In this document: positions 1 to 10,656 of the stretch, piece after piece | Layout: every line of letters starts with the position of its first letter | How positions within the stretch are numbered: the stretch's first letter is position 1 | Source: a virus | IMG/VR virus record: IMGVR_UViG_3300029705_000062 | Strand: one strand, 5' to 3' | Length of the DNA: 64,000 nt | Made by a program: the position numbers and the translations under genes | Notes under the pieces: generated by a model | The model's database searches: none | What the model was told of the DNA's origin: nothing | Seen by the model: only the letters and a program-made list of their open reading frames with translations

Positions 1-1
1 G

Positions 2-151
2 ATGACTGCTGATAGTGCAACAAAAGGTGTTGTATCTATGTTAGCAGGATTTAACTTAAGTCCACTAAGAGAAATGCAAGTAGAAGTAAATGGCATGACT
101 CAAAAGACAAATGAACTGACAAATGCAATGGATATGGTCAACCATGTGGGT
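2..151 (+). CDS. Tail tape measure protein (TMP), exon 1; 5' end lies upstream of the window
   Basis: Frame 2 is open from the window edge (..NELTNAMDMVNHVG) and hits TAA at 152. It joins 518.. to give the TMP-typical ..NHVG|NNFAISTEGIINAMQSGG.. Confidence 0.7.
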
Positions 152-517
152 TAATTTATAGCTCCTGCATATAGTGATATATGCTGAAAATTTCTTGAAT
201 TGCTAAAAAATCCTTAGAGATTGTTAAACTACAACATGACTGGAAACGGTGAGTGTGAATGTTTTAAAAATTAACAATATTGGACAATTAGCAGGGAAGA
301 TTCTAAATTATAATAATTTTAATAAAAATGCATATAATAAAATTGTAACAAGAATAACCTTCAACGACTATTGCAGACATGCAAGTACATCACAAGCTAT
401 GGGTGATGGAAGTGGGAAACATCCCTAGTGGATGAAGATATAGTCTACTCTATATGGAAACATATAGCAGTTCATAGGAGAACGGTGTATGTGTAGCGAA
501 CATATATGAATAAAAGG
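152..517 (+). mobile_element. Group I intron, ORF-less, in the TMP gene
   Basis: R-like box ttcaacgacta (360-370) and S-like box aagatatagtct (435-446) can form P7 (GACTA/TAGTC). GAAA-capped hairpin at 450-467. The 5' exon ends in T151 and the intron ends in G517. Removing it restores the TMP frame. Confidence 0.7.
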
Positions 518-672
518 AATAACTTTGCAATTTCAACAGAAGGTATTATAAATGCAATGCAAAGTGGGGGTACTGTTTTACATTCATATGGAATAGATAT
601 GGAAAAAACAATTGCTCTTATCACTGGTGCAAATAAGACCTTACAAGACCCTAGTGTTACTGGGAATGGGCT
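518..672 (+). CDS. TMP, exon 2
   Basis: Same frame as track ORF 506..694, but the ATG at 506 is intronic. Encodes NNFAISTEGIINAMQSGG..ALITGANKTLQDPSVTGNGL. Confidence 0.7.
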
Positions 673-1968
673 AAGATTTTGGCGTTCTATGTAGAAATAT
701 ATAGAAAGATAAGAGGGCAAAATCGGTCATAGTTATTGTGAAATAACTGGTAAGAAAGTTTAAATCTTGGTATAAAAAATAAAAAATAGTAATATAATTA
801 CATAGGAGGTGTATCTGAATATGGCGAGAAGATTCTCATATGAAGAAGTTAAAACCTATGTACAATCAAAGGGAGTTGAGTTAGTAAGCACAGAATATAT
901 AAATGGGAAAATTCCATTAAATTTTATATGTAAATGCGGAAAACCATTTAAAAGAAATTTAAAAAATTTTAAATACAATAATCTGTGTTTAAGGTGCGGT
1001 AGTAATTCTCTTTCTTATGAAGAGGTTAAAGAATACATTGAGTCAAAAGGGTGTAAATTAATAAGTGAAGAGTATGTAAACAATGAAACTGAATTGGAGG
1101 TTAAATGCCCCTGTTCAAAAACTTACTTTGTAATGTTTAGGGATTTTAAATCTAAAAAAAGATATAAGTGTCCTACATGCAATAAAAGACCAAACTACAC
1201 ATATGAAGAGGTTAAACTTTTTGTGGAAGGTAAAGGATGTAAATTAATCAGTAAAACTTACATTAATAATGCCACTAAATTAGATATTGTATGTAAATGT
1301 GGAGAGCCATTTAAAAGAAGGTTTAATAGTTTTAAAGACTCTCAACAATATTTTTGTTTAAAGTGTAGTAAAACTTCAAAAGGTGAGTTAAAAATAAAGG
1401 AAATATTAACTAACTATAAAATTAACTTTATACACCAATATAAGTTTGATGATTGTAAATTTAAACATCCTCTTGTTTTTGATTTTTACTTACCTGAATA
1501 TAATATATTAATAGAATATGACGGAAGACAACATTTTGAAATAGTTAAAGCATTTGGAGGGTTAGATGAATTTATTAATATTAAAATAAGGGATACTATA
1601 AAAAATGAGTATTGTAAAAATAATAATATAAAACTAATAAGAATACCTTACTGGGAATTTAAAAACCTAAAAAAACATTTAACTAAAATATTAAATGAAA
1701 ATATCAAGATAAAATAACACCGAGGTAAGTCAAAGAAGTAAAGAACTTTGACCACCGTAACGCATAGGATTTGAAACTATGCTTTTTTTTATGAAAAAAG
1801 TATAGAATATAATAATCCCAAGAGTGTCCTCCACCTGACCATTAAGTTGAAGGTGAAAATGTATGCTAAACAGGGTATGAAAAGACATACCGATAACTTT
1901 AGTAAAATAAAGAAATGAGGGAAACCTCCTGAGCCTAAGATAAAAAGCTTAGGGATAATAACAATTTG
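673..1968 (+). mobile_element. Group I intron carrying a homing-endonuclease ORF, in the TMP gene
   Basis: Splice model ..GGGCT|a...g|AAAATCT gives ..VTGNGL|KSIAINMAGIKAD.. The exon ends in T672 and the intron in G1968. Stable hairpins include GTGA (731-748) and GAAA (1917-1928) tetraloops, plus 1934-1953. Confidence 0.62.
821..1717 (+). CDS. Intron-encoded putative homing endonuclease: three zinc-ribbon repeats plus a C-terminal PD-(D/E)XK / Vsr-like nuclease domain
   Basis: RBS taggagg at 803-809. Three ~60-aa repeats (SYEEVK..ESKG..LIS.EY.N....L...C.CG..F......C..C), then ..FDFYLPEYNILIEYDGRQHF..LIRIPYWEF. Located inside an intron. Confidence 0.6.
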   Translation: MARRFSYEEVKTYVQSKGVELVSTEYINGKIPLNFICKCGKPFKRNLKNFKYNNLCLRCGSNSLSYEEVKEYIESKGCKLISEEYVNNETELEVKCPCSKTYFVMFRDFKSKKRYKCPTCNKRPNYTYEEVKLFVEGKGCKLISKTYINNATKLDIVCKCGEPFKRRFNSFKDSQQYFCLKCSKTSKGELKIKEILTNYKINFIHQYKFDDCKFKHPLVFDFYLPEYNILIEYDGRQHFEIVKAFGGLDEFINIKIRDTIKNEYCKNNNIKLIRIPYWEFKNLKKHLTKILNENIKIK

Positions 1969-4900
1969 AAAATCTATTGCCATTAATATGGCAGGTATAA
2001 AAGCTGATGCTTATACAGGCGAACTAGCTTTAAATAAAACAGCTCTTGCTCTTAAAGAAATAGCAAATATAGATGTCTACTCTGATAAGAAAAAGGGTGA
2101 GATAAAAGATATGGTTTCTATCCTTGACGAACTGTATGAACGTTGGGGAGATTTTACGGAAGAGGAACAGCTTGGACTAGCTGAAAGTATAGCGGGTAAG
2201 CAACAGTCCAAAGTTTTCCAATCTTTAATGACAAACTACAAAGATGTTTTATCTGTTAGAGAGCAATTATCTAATCAGGAACATTTTGGTAGTGCAGAAA
2301 GAGAGAATACTCAATACTTAGATAGTATCAGTGGTAAACTAAATGAGCTTAAGCAAACATGGATTTCTATATTAGATACATTTGCAAATTCAGATAGTAT
2401 AAAGAGTGCATTAGATGTGCTAATATCTGTATCTGAAGGTGTGGAAACAGTTGTAAAAGCTTTGGATGATGCAGGAATATTATTACAAGCTACTTTCACA
2501 GCATTTACATCAGGTGGAAGTCTACTTAAGAATCTAGCAGGATTTGGTGAAAGTTCTTATCAAATAAGACAAGTTGGAAATTCATTACAGCTTGTTGCAA
2601 CTCAAGCTAGTGCAGGAAATATACCACTAAAGCAAATGTTTAGTGGATTTACTAAGGGAACTACAGTAACTCAAAAACTTGGTAATGGATTAAAAACACT
2701 TGGTAAGTCTATGACTGCAAATTTAATACCAAGTTTTAAAGGTATGCTTTCAGCAGGATTAAAAGGCATGGCTGTGTCAGCAGTGATTACAGGTATTGGA
2801 TATGCACTTGATAAAACTGTAAATAAGTATAAGAATTTAGATAAGGAGTTACAGGCTCAAGCTGATACTACAGCTTCGCAACTAGAAGGATATAAAAAGC
2901 AAAAAAGTAGTTTAGAAGCTTTAGCAGATCAGTATGATACATTAGCTAAAAAATCTAATAAAACTGCTGAGGAACTTGCAACATTTAATGAATTAAAACA
3001 TCAAATTGCAGATTTATCTCCTGATTTGGTAATAGGTTATGACAGTGAGAATAATCCTATACTAAACTTAAATGGTAGCTTAGAAACATATATATCAAAC
3101 TTAGATGATGCCATTACTAGACAAAGAACTTTACTAGCAGGAGATAGTATGGCAGTTGGTAAAAATGCACTTGATAGTTTAAGTAGCACTTTAAACTTTA
3201 ACTTAACTCCTGATTTTAAATTAGATGATAGTGCTTTAAAAGAACAAGATGAAGCTATAGGTACTGCTAGGGAAAATTTAGTTAAAAAGCTTAATAAAAT
3301 AAATGAAGGACTTAACTTCAAAAGCCTTGAAGGAGAGTTAAAAAGTTATGCTCAACAAAATGACAAATACAATGAGCAGATAGTAAAGAGCTATCAAAAA
3401 GTTCAGGAAGCTCATGCTAAGATAACTGAACAAACATCAAAAGCAAAACAAGGTATAAATGCTCAATTAATGGACACTTCTGAAATGAAGAAAGCAGGGG
3501 AAGAAGTTCAAAAACTTGGAGCAAAAATGATTTCTGCTTTTGACTGGTCAGAGGTGGATTCAAATAGAGTTGACCAAATGGTTTACAATATGTCTAAAAA
3601 TCTTACTTCAGGGGAGTTTGATACAGCACTACAAAAAGTTGCGGAACTTAGACAAGAGCTTGAAGAAACTTATGATGTTGAAAAGTATGAATCACAAATA
3701 GATAAGTTCGTACCTCAAGTAGCAGATTTCTTAGGTGTATCAGAAGACATGGCTAGGTCTATGTTAAAAGTTCCTGAGATAATGAAGAGTTCAGAAGATG
3801 CTTTAGATCAGTTCCTTAGAACTATGGGTAAAACTAAAAAGTCTTTAAACTTTGATGTTGAAGCTCAAAATTTAGCGGAACAGTTCTATGCTGTTAATGA
3901 TGCAATATATCAATTAGCAGATACCTCAAATCTTGTAACAATAGATAATAAAATACAATTAAATCCTGAACTTGTTTTAAACACACTAAATAATGAATCT
4001 ATTCCTGAGCAAATAAGGAAATTATTAGGAGAGTTTAATAAAGACGGAGTTGTTGATGTTGGCGAAGTAGAACTTATGCTAGATGTTATGACAGCATTTA
4101 AATTAGGGGACACTCACCAGTCAAAAGAAATATTGGCACAAGTTCAAGAGGAGTTAGATAAAACATTAGGTGAAGGTGTAATAAATGTAAAAGACCTTAA
4201 ATTTGATGTTAATGGAAAAGTTGAAAATGTCAATATAGATAGCAAGGAACTTGAAGAAAAATTATCTGTACTTGGTGATAAGAAAGAATTAAAAACTCTT
4301 TTCACAACTGAGGTTATAGGATTAGATAGACTAGAATATTATACAGAAATTGTAAATAAGCTTCCTGCTGATTCTGAACATACAGAGAAATTTATAGTTG
4401 ATAATCAACAGGCTATATCTGAATTAAATAACTATAAAGAAGTAAAGGAATGGATAATAGCTCATCCTGAAGTTATTTCTAAATATAGATTAAATGTAGA
4501 AAAAGACCCTGAACTTAAAACTGCCTTAGAAGAATTTGAAAAGAACAACGGTAAAACAAGTGAAATTAAGGCTAAAGTAACAGAAGAAGGGGCAGATGAA
4601 ACTAACCAAAAACTTGAGGAAACAAAGAATAAAGCTGATGAGCTAGATAATAAAGATATTAACTTAACAGTTAATAATGGAGAATTACAAGGCTCAGTAG
4701 AAGATTTTAATAAACTTATAGAATACTCATCTAAATTAAAAGATGGTGAATATAAGTTATCTTTTACCTCTGACACTGGTGAATCTATAAACCAAATAAA
4801 TAATCTTAAAAATGCTATAAATGACCTTTCAGGTGCATTTAGTTCTTTACCTAGTGTAACAGTAAAAATTGAAACAGCACTTGCTAGTCAGAATATAACA

Positions 4901-7900
4901 GGATTAAGAAATAATATAGAAAGTTTTAAAACTTTAGCAGGTGGATTACAAACATTAGTATTTAAGACTGATACTGCACTTGCTAGTAAGAATGTTACAG
5001 GATTAAGAAATAATGTAGATAGTTACATTAAACAAAGAGCAGGGAAATCTTATTCTACAAGATTTAACACTGAGACAGCCTTAGCTAGTAAAAATGTTAC
5101 TGGTTTAGCAAATAAGGTTTCTAGTTATGTAAGAAGCTATGGTAATAGAACTATTAAGACTACTTTTAGTGTGGTAACAAAATATTCTACACAGGGAACT
5201 CCTACAACTCAAAGCAAAGGAGCAAAAGTTACTGGAAGAGCTATTCCTACATATGTTCCTGAATCATATGAAGTGGCACAGGTAAATGCTTCTCCTTTAA
5301 GTGAGTTTGCCAATCAAGTTCAAAGTGATACTGTAGCAATACAACGTATGGCAAGAACTGGTCAGGGAGTTTCAGAAGCTGTATCATCATATAGTTCTTC
5401 TATGGCTAGTATATCATCAAGAGCATTAACAAAAGCATTAGATAGTAATAAAGTTATTGATATGCTAAATCTTGATGTTGATCCTTTTAAAGATTTAGAA
5501 GATGTTTTAGAAAGAATTTCCAGTGAGTTAGATTTACTTAGTAAAAAAGCTGACTTAGCTTTTGGAAATGAAAAAATAACATATCTTAAAAGACAAGTAG
5601 AACTTCTTAAACAACAACAGCAAATCCAAAATAAACTAAGTAAAGATTATGCAACTCAACAAAATGAGTTAAAGTATTACTTAGGAAAAAAAGGATTTAC
5701 CTTTAACAGTCAAGGTGATGTAACTAATCAAGTTGATAAGTTATATCAAATGGAAAAATACGTTAAACAGCTTGAAGATAAAGTTAATGCACAGGGAGAT
5801 AAGAAAAATGAAGCTTTATCTAAGCAGTATGAAAGTGCTAGAGATGAATTAGAAAAAACTAAGGAAGTCTTAGAAGAGTATGTTAATAATAATTCTAAGG
5901 GTGTTACTGGTGCTACTAAGGAATGGTACGAACTTCAACAACAAATAAATGAAGCTCGTATGGAGATAATTCAAGCAACTATAGATGCTAAGAATTTTAA
6001 GTTTGAGATAGGTGCTAAAAAGTTTGAAGCAGAAGTTGATAAATTATCTAATGCAATTAACTTAATAGATAAACAGATTGAATATGCTTTTGGAGATGAA
6101 AAAGATAAGTTATTCAAGAAGAAGATAGAGTTATTAAAGAAACAGCAAAAAGAAGTTCATAATTTAGCTAACCAATATAGGGAACAGGCTAAAAGTATAG
6201 GGCAATTTTTAAATCAACAAGGTTTTATAATTAATTCCAGTGATGGAAGTATAGGTAATATAGAACACCTAGAGAGCTTTAAAAACAGTGGAATATATGA
6301 AGAAATAACTGAACAACTAGAGAAGTATATAGAATTAACTCAAAGTAAAATACCTGACCTTCAAGAAGAATGGTGGGAACTAAGAGAAGCAATAGATGAA
6401 GCTAGAATTGCTACTTTAGAAGCAAAAGATGAAATGTCTGATTTAGTATTAGAAATAAATATTTCTAAACTAGATACTGCTCTTAAAAAGATAAAGACTG
6501 AAATCAATAGACTAGAAAGAGAAATTGATAAAGCCTTTGGTAGCAAGAAAGAAGGTTTATTAAATGATAAGATAGATAAGTTAAAAGAAGAGCAAGATAA
6601 ACTTCATCAAATGGCAAATGAATATAGACAGCAAAGGCAAGAAATAGCTAACTTCTTAAATTCAAAAGGGTTTATAATTCATCCTGATGGCTCAATAGGA
6701 AATCCTGAATTTATCCTTAGCTTTAAAGAAGACCCTGCTCTAATGGAGTATTTACAAGGTCTTATAGATAAACATACTAGCTTAGGTGATAAAATAGCTG
6801 ACCTTGGAGAAGATTGGTGGAGTGTTCAAGATTCCATAGAAGATACAAAAGATGCTATAGAAGAAGCTAGAAAAGAATTAGAAAAATTCTTAAATGAAGC
6901 GAAAATTGAAGCACTGCTTGACCAGTTTAATGACCTTGCTCATAAACTTGATTTAATAGATAAAAAACTTAAACATGCAACTGGCAAGGATAAGTTAGAT
7001 TTATTAAGTCAAAAACTTGAGTTAATAAAAGAACAACAAATAGAATTACAAAAACATTGGGAGTTCTTTACTAATAAAAAGAATACTCTTCAAATGGAGT
7101 TAGGTCAACTAGGATTTACATTTGATGCAGATGGAGATATTACAAATTATGTAGAACAACTTGAAAGTATAGCTAACTCATCTGATGATTTTGAGGAAGT
7201 TAAAGATAAGTTAGAAGAATACTTTGATATTCAAAATGATAGATTACCTAGTATTGAAAGTGATTGGCTAGACCTTGAGAATACATATAAAGATGTCTTA
7301 AAAGAACAGCTTAATACAACTAAGGAAATTGAAGATAAAATTACTGAAATGTATAAAAAGCAAGTTGAAGACAGAATAGATGCAATGAACAAGGAAACTG
7401 ATGCCAAGATAAAAGCTCTTAAAAAGCAACAGGATGCCTATAATAAATATCGTGAAGAAACTGATTACAAAAATGAGTATGAAGATAAATTATTAGAAAT
7501 AAATGATATACAAAGGCAACTTGATATAGCAATGAAAGATACTTCTTTGGCAGGGCAAAAGAAAGTTAAGGAGCTACAAAAGCTATTAGCTGATGCTCAA
7601 AAGGAGTTAGATAAATTCACTCAAAATAAAATTGATAGTGATATCAATGATATGTTTGATAAAGAGAGTGAAAGAATAGAAGAAGAAAATGATAAGGCTA
7701 TAGAAGAGCTTGAGAAAGAATGGTCAGATAGTAAGATAGCTGAAATGGTTGCACAAGCATTACAAACTGGTATATTTACAGGAATAGATGGAAGTGTACA
7801 AGACCTTCAAGATGCTATGTTACAATTTGCCAATGATACTGGTGAATTGTTTGGAGTTATGGGAACTGTTATAAAATCCGAGTTAATAACTAACTTAGAT

Positions 7901-8188
7901 ATAGCAAAAAATACAGTTAAAGAACTTAACAAGATAATTAAAGAATTAGACTTGGAACAATTTGCGGTACTATCAGGTGCTTCAAGTTTTAGTAGAACTA
8001 TTTCAGGAGTAAGTATGGAAAGTTATACAAAGCCTATTCAAAATAATTATAGTCCTGAAATAAGATTTGATTCTCCATTAATTCATATAGAAGGAAATGT
8101 TGATAATGATGTATTAATGACTCTTGAAAGCTACGGAGAAAAATTAACTAAAGATATAATAAATCAAATTGCAGGAGCAATAAGATAA
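1969..8188 (+). CDS. TMP, exon 3 (about 2,072 codons)
   Basis: Very long coiled-coil ORF with internal repeats, directly upstream of Dit/Tal-like genes. The in-frame sequence KSIAIN precedes the track ATG at 1988. Confidence 0.85.
5520..7150 (+). repeat. Four ~140-aa coding repeats inside the TMP (coordinates approximate)
   Basis: Recurrent ..D[KL]AFG.[EK]K..L...[IVL]ELLK.QQ......A..Y......I..FL...GF[IT][IF]..[DS]G.I[GT]N.. A separate set of three ~33-aa repeats ([ED]TALAS[QK]N[IV]TGL.N) lies at ~4871-5170. Confidence 0.7.
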
Positions 8189-8195
8189 TAAAAAT

Positions 8196-8225
8196 AAGGA
8201 GTAGGTTTCCCTACTCCTTTTTAAT
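8196..8225 (+). terminator. Hairpin plus T-run directly after the TMP gene
   Basis: aaggagtagg-tttc-cctactcctt followed by tttaat. Confidence 0.55.
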
Positions 8226-8240
8226 ATAGGGGGTGGTACA

Positions 8241-8954
8241 ATGATTTTTTATTCAGATAAGTTTTACTATAATGGCTTATATTCACAAGACTTAGGAGTT
8301 CTTTTAGTATCTGAAAGTACAGATGTATTAAATGAATACGGTATTTCTTATATGAGTGGAGAAGAAAGTGAAATAGTCCTTAGCTTTTGTTATGTAGATA
8401 GTGTAGATCAACCACTGCCTTGGAATAATGAGAAATTAGAAAGTATTTTAGGGTGGCTTATGGCTGATGAATACTTAGAGTTTATAAGTGAAGATAATAA
8501 GGATATAGTATATTTCTTAAAAGGTATAGGATATAAAAAAAGATTTACTCCTGATATGAAAGGTCTTATAGATGTTACATTTAAAGCTTTAAGTGGTTAT
8601 GGATATAGAAACTATGTTAAAAAAATTGAAAAGCCAGTTGGTGAGTTTGTTTTATTAAATAATAGTAATATAAATAAGCCTTGTAAACCTATTATAGAGT
8701 TAAGTAATATATCTAGTGAAACAATTCAAATAACAAACTTAACTACCCAAAAAGCTCCTTTTGTAATTAACACTCAGTCTAGTAAATCAATTGTTATAGA
8801 CAATGAAACAGGAGTTATCACTAATGATAATAATGAAAATTTAATAATGAGTAGCAATAGGAAATGGATAGAACTTATAAAAGGTGATAATACAATGCTA
8901 GTAGAAGGTGACTGTGATATTACCTTTAAAGTCCATTGTCCAATTATGGTGTAA
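8241..8954 (+). CDS. Distal tail protein (Dit)-like phage tail family protein
   Basis: RBS gggggtgg. N-terminus is MIFYSDKFYYNGLYSQDLGVLLVSES.. Sits immediately after the TMP gene. Confidence 0.65.
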   Translation: MIFYSDKFYYNGLYSQDLGVLLVSESTDVLNEYGISYMSGEESEIVLSFCYVDSVDQPLPWNNEKLESILGWLMADEYLEFISEDNKDIVYFLKGIGYKKRFTPDMKGLIDVTFKALSGYGYRNYVKKIEKPVGEFVLLNNSNINKPCKPIIELSNISSETIQITNLTTQKAPFVINTQSSKSIVIDNETGVITNDNNENLIMSSNRKWIELIKGDNTMLVEGDCDITFKVHCPIMV

Positions 8955-10642
8955 TGCTTATGAATAGAATTTTTATTAATAAATTAGATAGAGACTTTGA
9001 ATTAGAGTTATGCAAAGTTAATAAATCTCCTATAAGTCCAATAGATGTTAAGTATGTTGATAGTATTACAAGAAGTTTAAATGAAATAGATAAAATAGAA
9101 TTAACTATACCAAAGACTATTAAAAATGGATTTATGGAAGATGTGATTAATCCACTGTGGAATGAAATTAAGGATGAAAGGCTGATATGTCTTAATGGAG
9201 AAGATTATTTTGTAATTAAAACAAATACCTTCAACACAAATGAACTAAAGAAAAGTATTACAGCATATTCAAGAGAATATAAATTAGGGAAAATAGACAT
9301 AAATGTTGAGGATATAGTTTTTAGGCTTATTACACCTGATGAAGATTTAGAAATATATTCTTTAAATGACCATATGAAAGATGAAACAGGTTGGAAGTTT
9401 GGTCATATAGATGACACTGTTTTATATGATATAGATGTAGAAGGTAATAAAACGGAAAAAGTAAGAATACAAACTACTGTTAATAAAAGATGGTATGATT
9501 ATATTGAAACAGATATTTGTGAAAGTTATAATTGCATAGCTACTTATGATACAGATAAAAAAGAAATTAATTTATATGATATTAATACAGTTGGAGAAAA
9601 TGTTCAATTATATTTATCCAATGATAATTATATAAAAAGTTTATCAAGAGTAGTTAGTAGTGAAGATATTGTAACTAGACTTACACTTATTGGAAGTGAA
9701 GAAATGGATATTATAGGAGCAACGGTTACTGGGTATCCATACTTAGAGGATTATTCATATTTTATGAATAATGGAGAAATGAGTGAAGAACTTATAAATG
9801 ATTTAAAAAAGTATTATGAAATGGTTGAGATTAGGTCTGTTATTTGGGAAGATTTAATAAAAAGAAAGCAAGAAAAACAAGAATTATTAATCAGAAAGAA
9901 AACTGATTTATATGTTATATATGATGAGATTAGAGCTTTAAAAGGCATTAAAGAAGCCTATAGTTCAAATGGGGATACTGTAAATGAAGCTCTTATAATG
10001 GCTCAAATATCTGAAAAAATAGATGCTCAAACTATTTTAGAAATTGAAGTCAAACATCTTGAAGAAGATATTGAAAATTTGGCTTCAAGTATATTAGAGA
10101 TAACAATACTATGCAAAAGAGAAACTGCAACTGATCAAAATGGTGAGCTTATATTTTCTGAAAATACTTTAGAGGAGTTAAAAGAGTTCATATATTGCGA
10201 TACATATTCAAATGATTCATTTTTAGATGTAAAAGACTTATTGGCAACAGGTAAGAGAGAATTATCTTTAAAATGCTATCCAACTACAGATTATGATATA
10301 GATGTAAAAAACTTTATGTCTAGGATAATGGATAATAGTTTTAGGATACATTGGAAAGGTGATTTAGGTTTAGGTGATATTATAATACTTTATGATGAAG
10401 ACCTTGATGAAGAGGTCTTTTTATTTGTAACAGATTATACTCAGAAACCAAACTCTGAGGATGACGGTTTAATTATAACTTTATCTAATAAGAAGTATAA
10501 GGATAAAAACTTAAGAACTATAGCTGATAAGTTAAAAGAAGGAAGTTTGGCTATGAGAACAATCCAAAGGAAAACTTATCTAATGAATGAACAAAAATAT
10601 AATAGATTAAATATGAAAAATTATGAAAGAACTTATGTATAA
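8954..10642 (+). CDS. Tail-associated (Tal) / prophage-tail-endopeptidase-like tail tip protein
   Basis: TAATG start-stop overlap with the upstream gene (the track start at 8936 is TTG). Size and position after Dit fit this call. Confidence 0.55.
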   Translation: MLMNRIFINKLDRDFELELCKVNKSPISPIDVKYVDSITRSLNEIDKIELTIPKTIKNGFMEDVINPLWNEIKDERLICLNGEDYFVIKTNTFNTNELKKSITAYSREYKLGKIDINVEDIVFRLITPDEDLEIYSLNDHMKDETGWKFGHIDDTVLYDIDVEGNKTEKVRIQTTVNKRWYDYIETDICESYNCIATYDTDKKEINLYDINTVGENVQLYLSNDNYIKSLSRVVSSEDIVTRLTLIGSEEMDIIGATVTGYPYLEDYSYFMNNGEMSEELINDLKKYYEMVEIRSVIWEDLIKRKQEKQELLIRKKTDLYVIYDEIRALKGIKEAYSSNGDTVNEALIMAQISEKIDAQTILEIEVKHLEEDIENLASSILEITILCKRETATDQNGELIFSENTLEELKEFIYCDTYSNDSFLDVKDLLATGKRELSLKCYPTTDYDIDVKNFMSRIMDNSFRIHWKGDLGLGDIIILYDEDLDEEVFLFVTDYTQKPNSEDDGLIITLSNKKYKDKNLRTIADKLKEGSLAMRTIQRKTYLMNEQKYNRLNMKNYERTYV

Positions 10643-10656
10643 GGAGGTGGCTTGAT

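Noticed and set aside
472-720. Track ORFs 472..720 (-), 506..694 (+) taken as an independent gene, and 1789..1983 (-)
   Set aside because: All three lie in or across the TMP introns. The + ORF is TMP exon 2 read from an intronic ATG. The minus ORFs have no RBS and only low-complexity content.
2311-6546. Minus-strand ORFs inside the TMP gene (2311.., 3037.., 3910.., 4462.., 6361..), and similar ones inside the fibre genes
   Set aside because: These are S/L/F-rich mirror frames of a Lys/Glu-rich coding strand, which is typical antisense noise.
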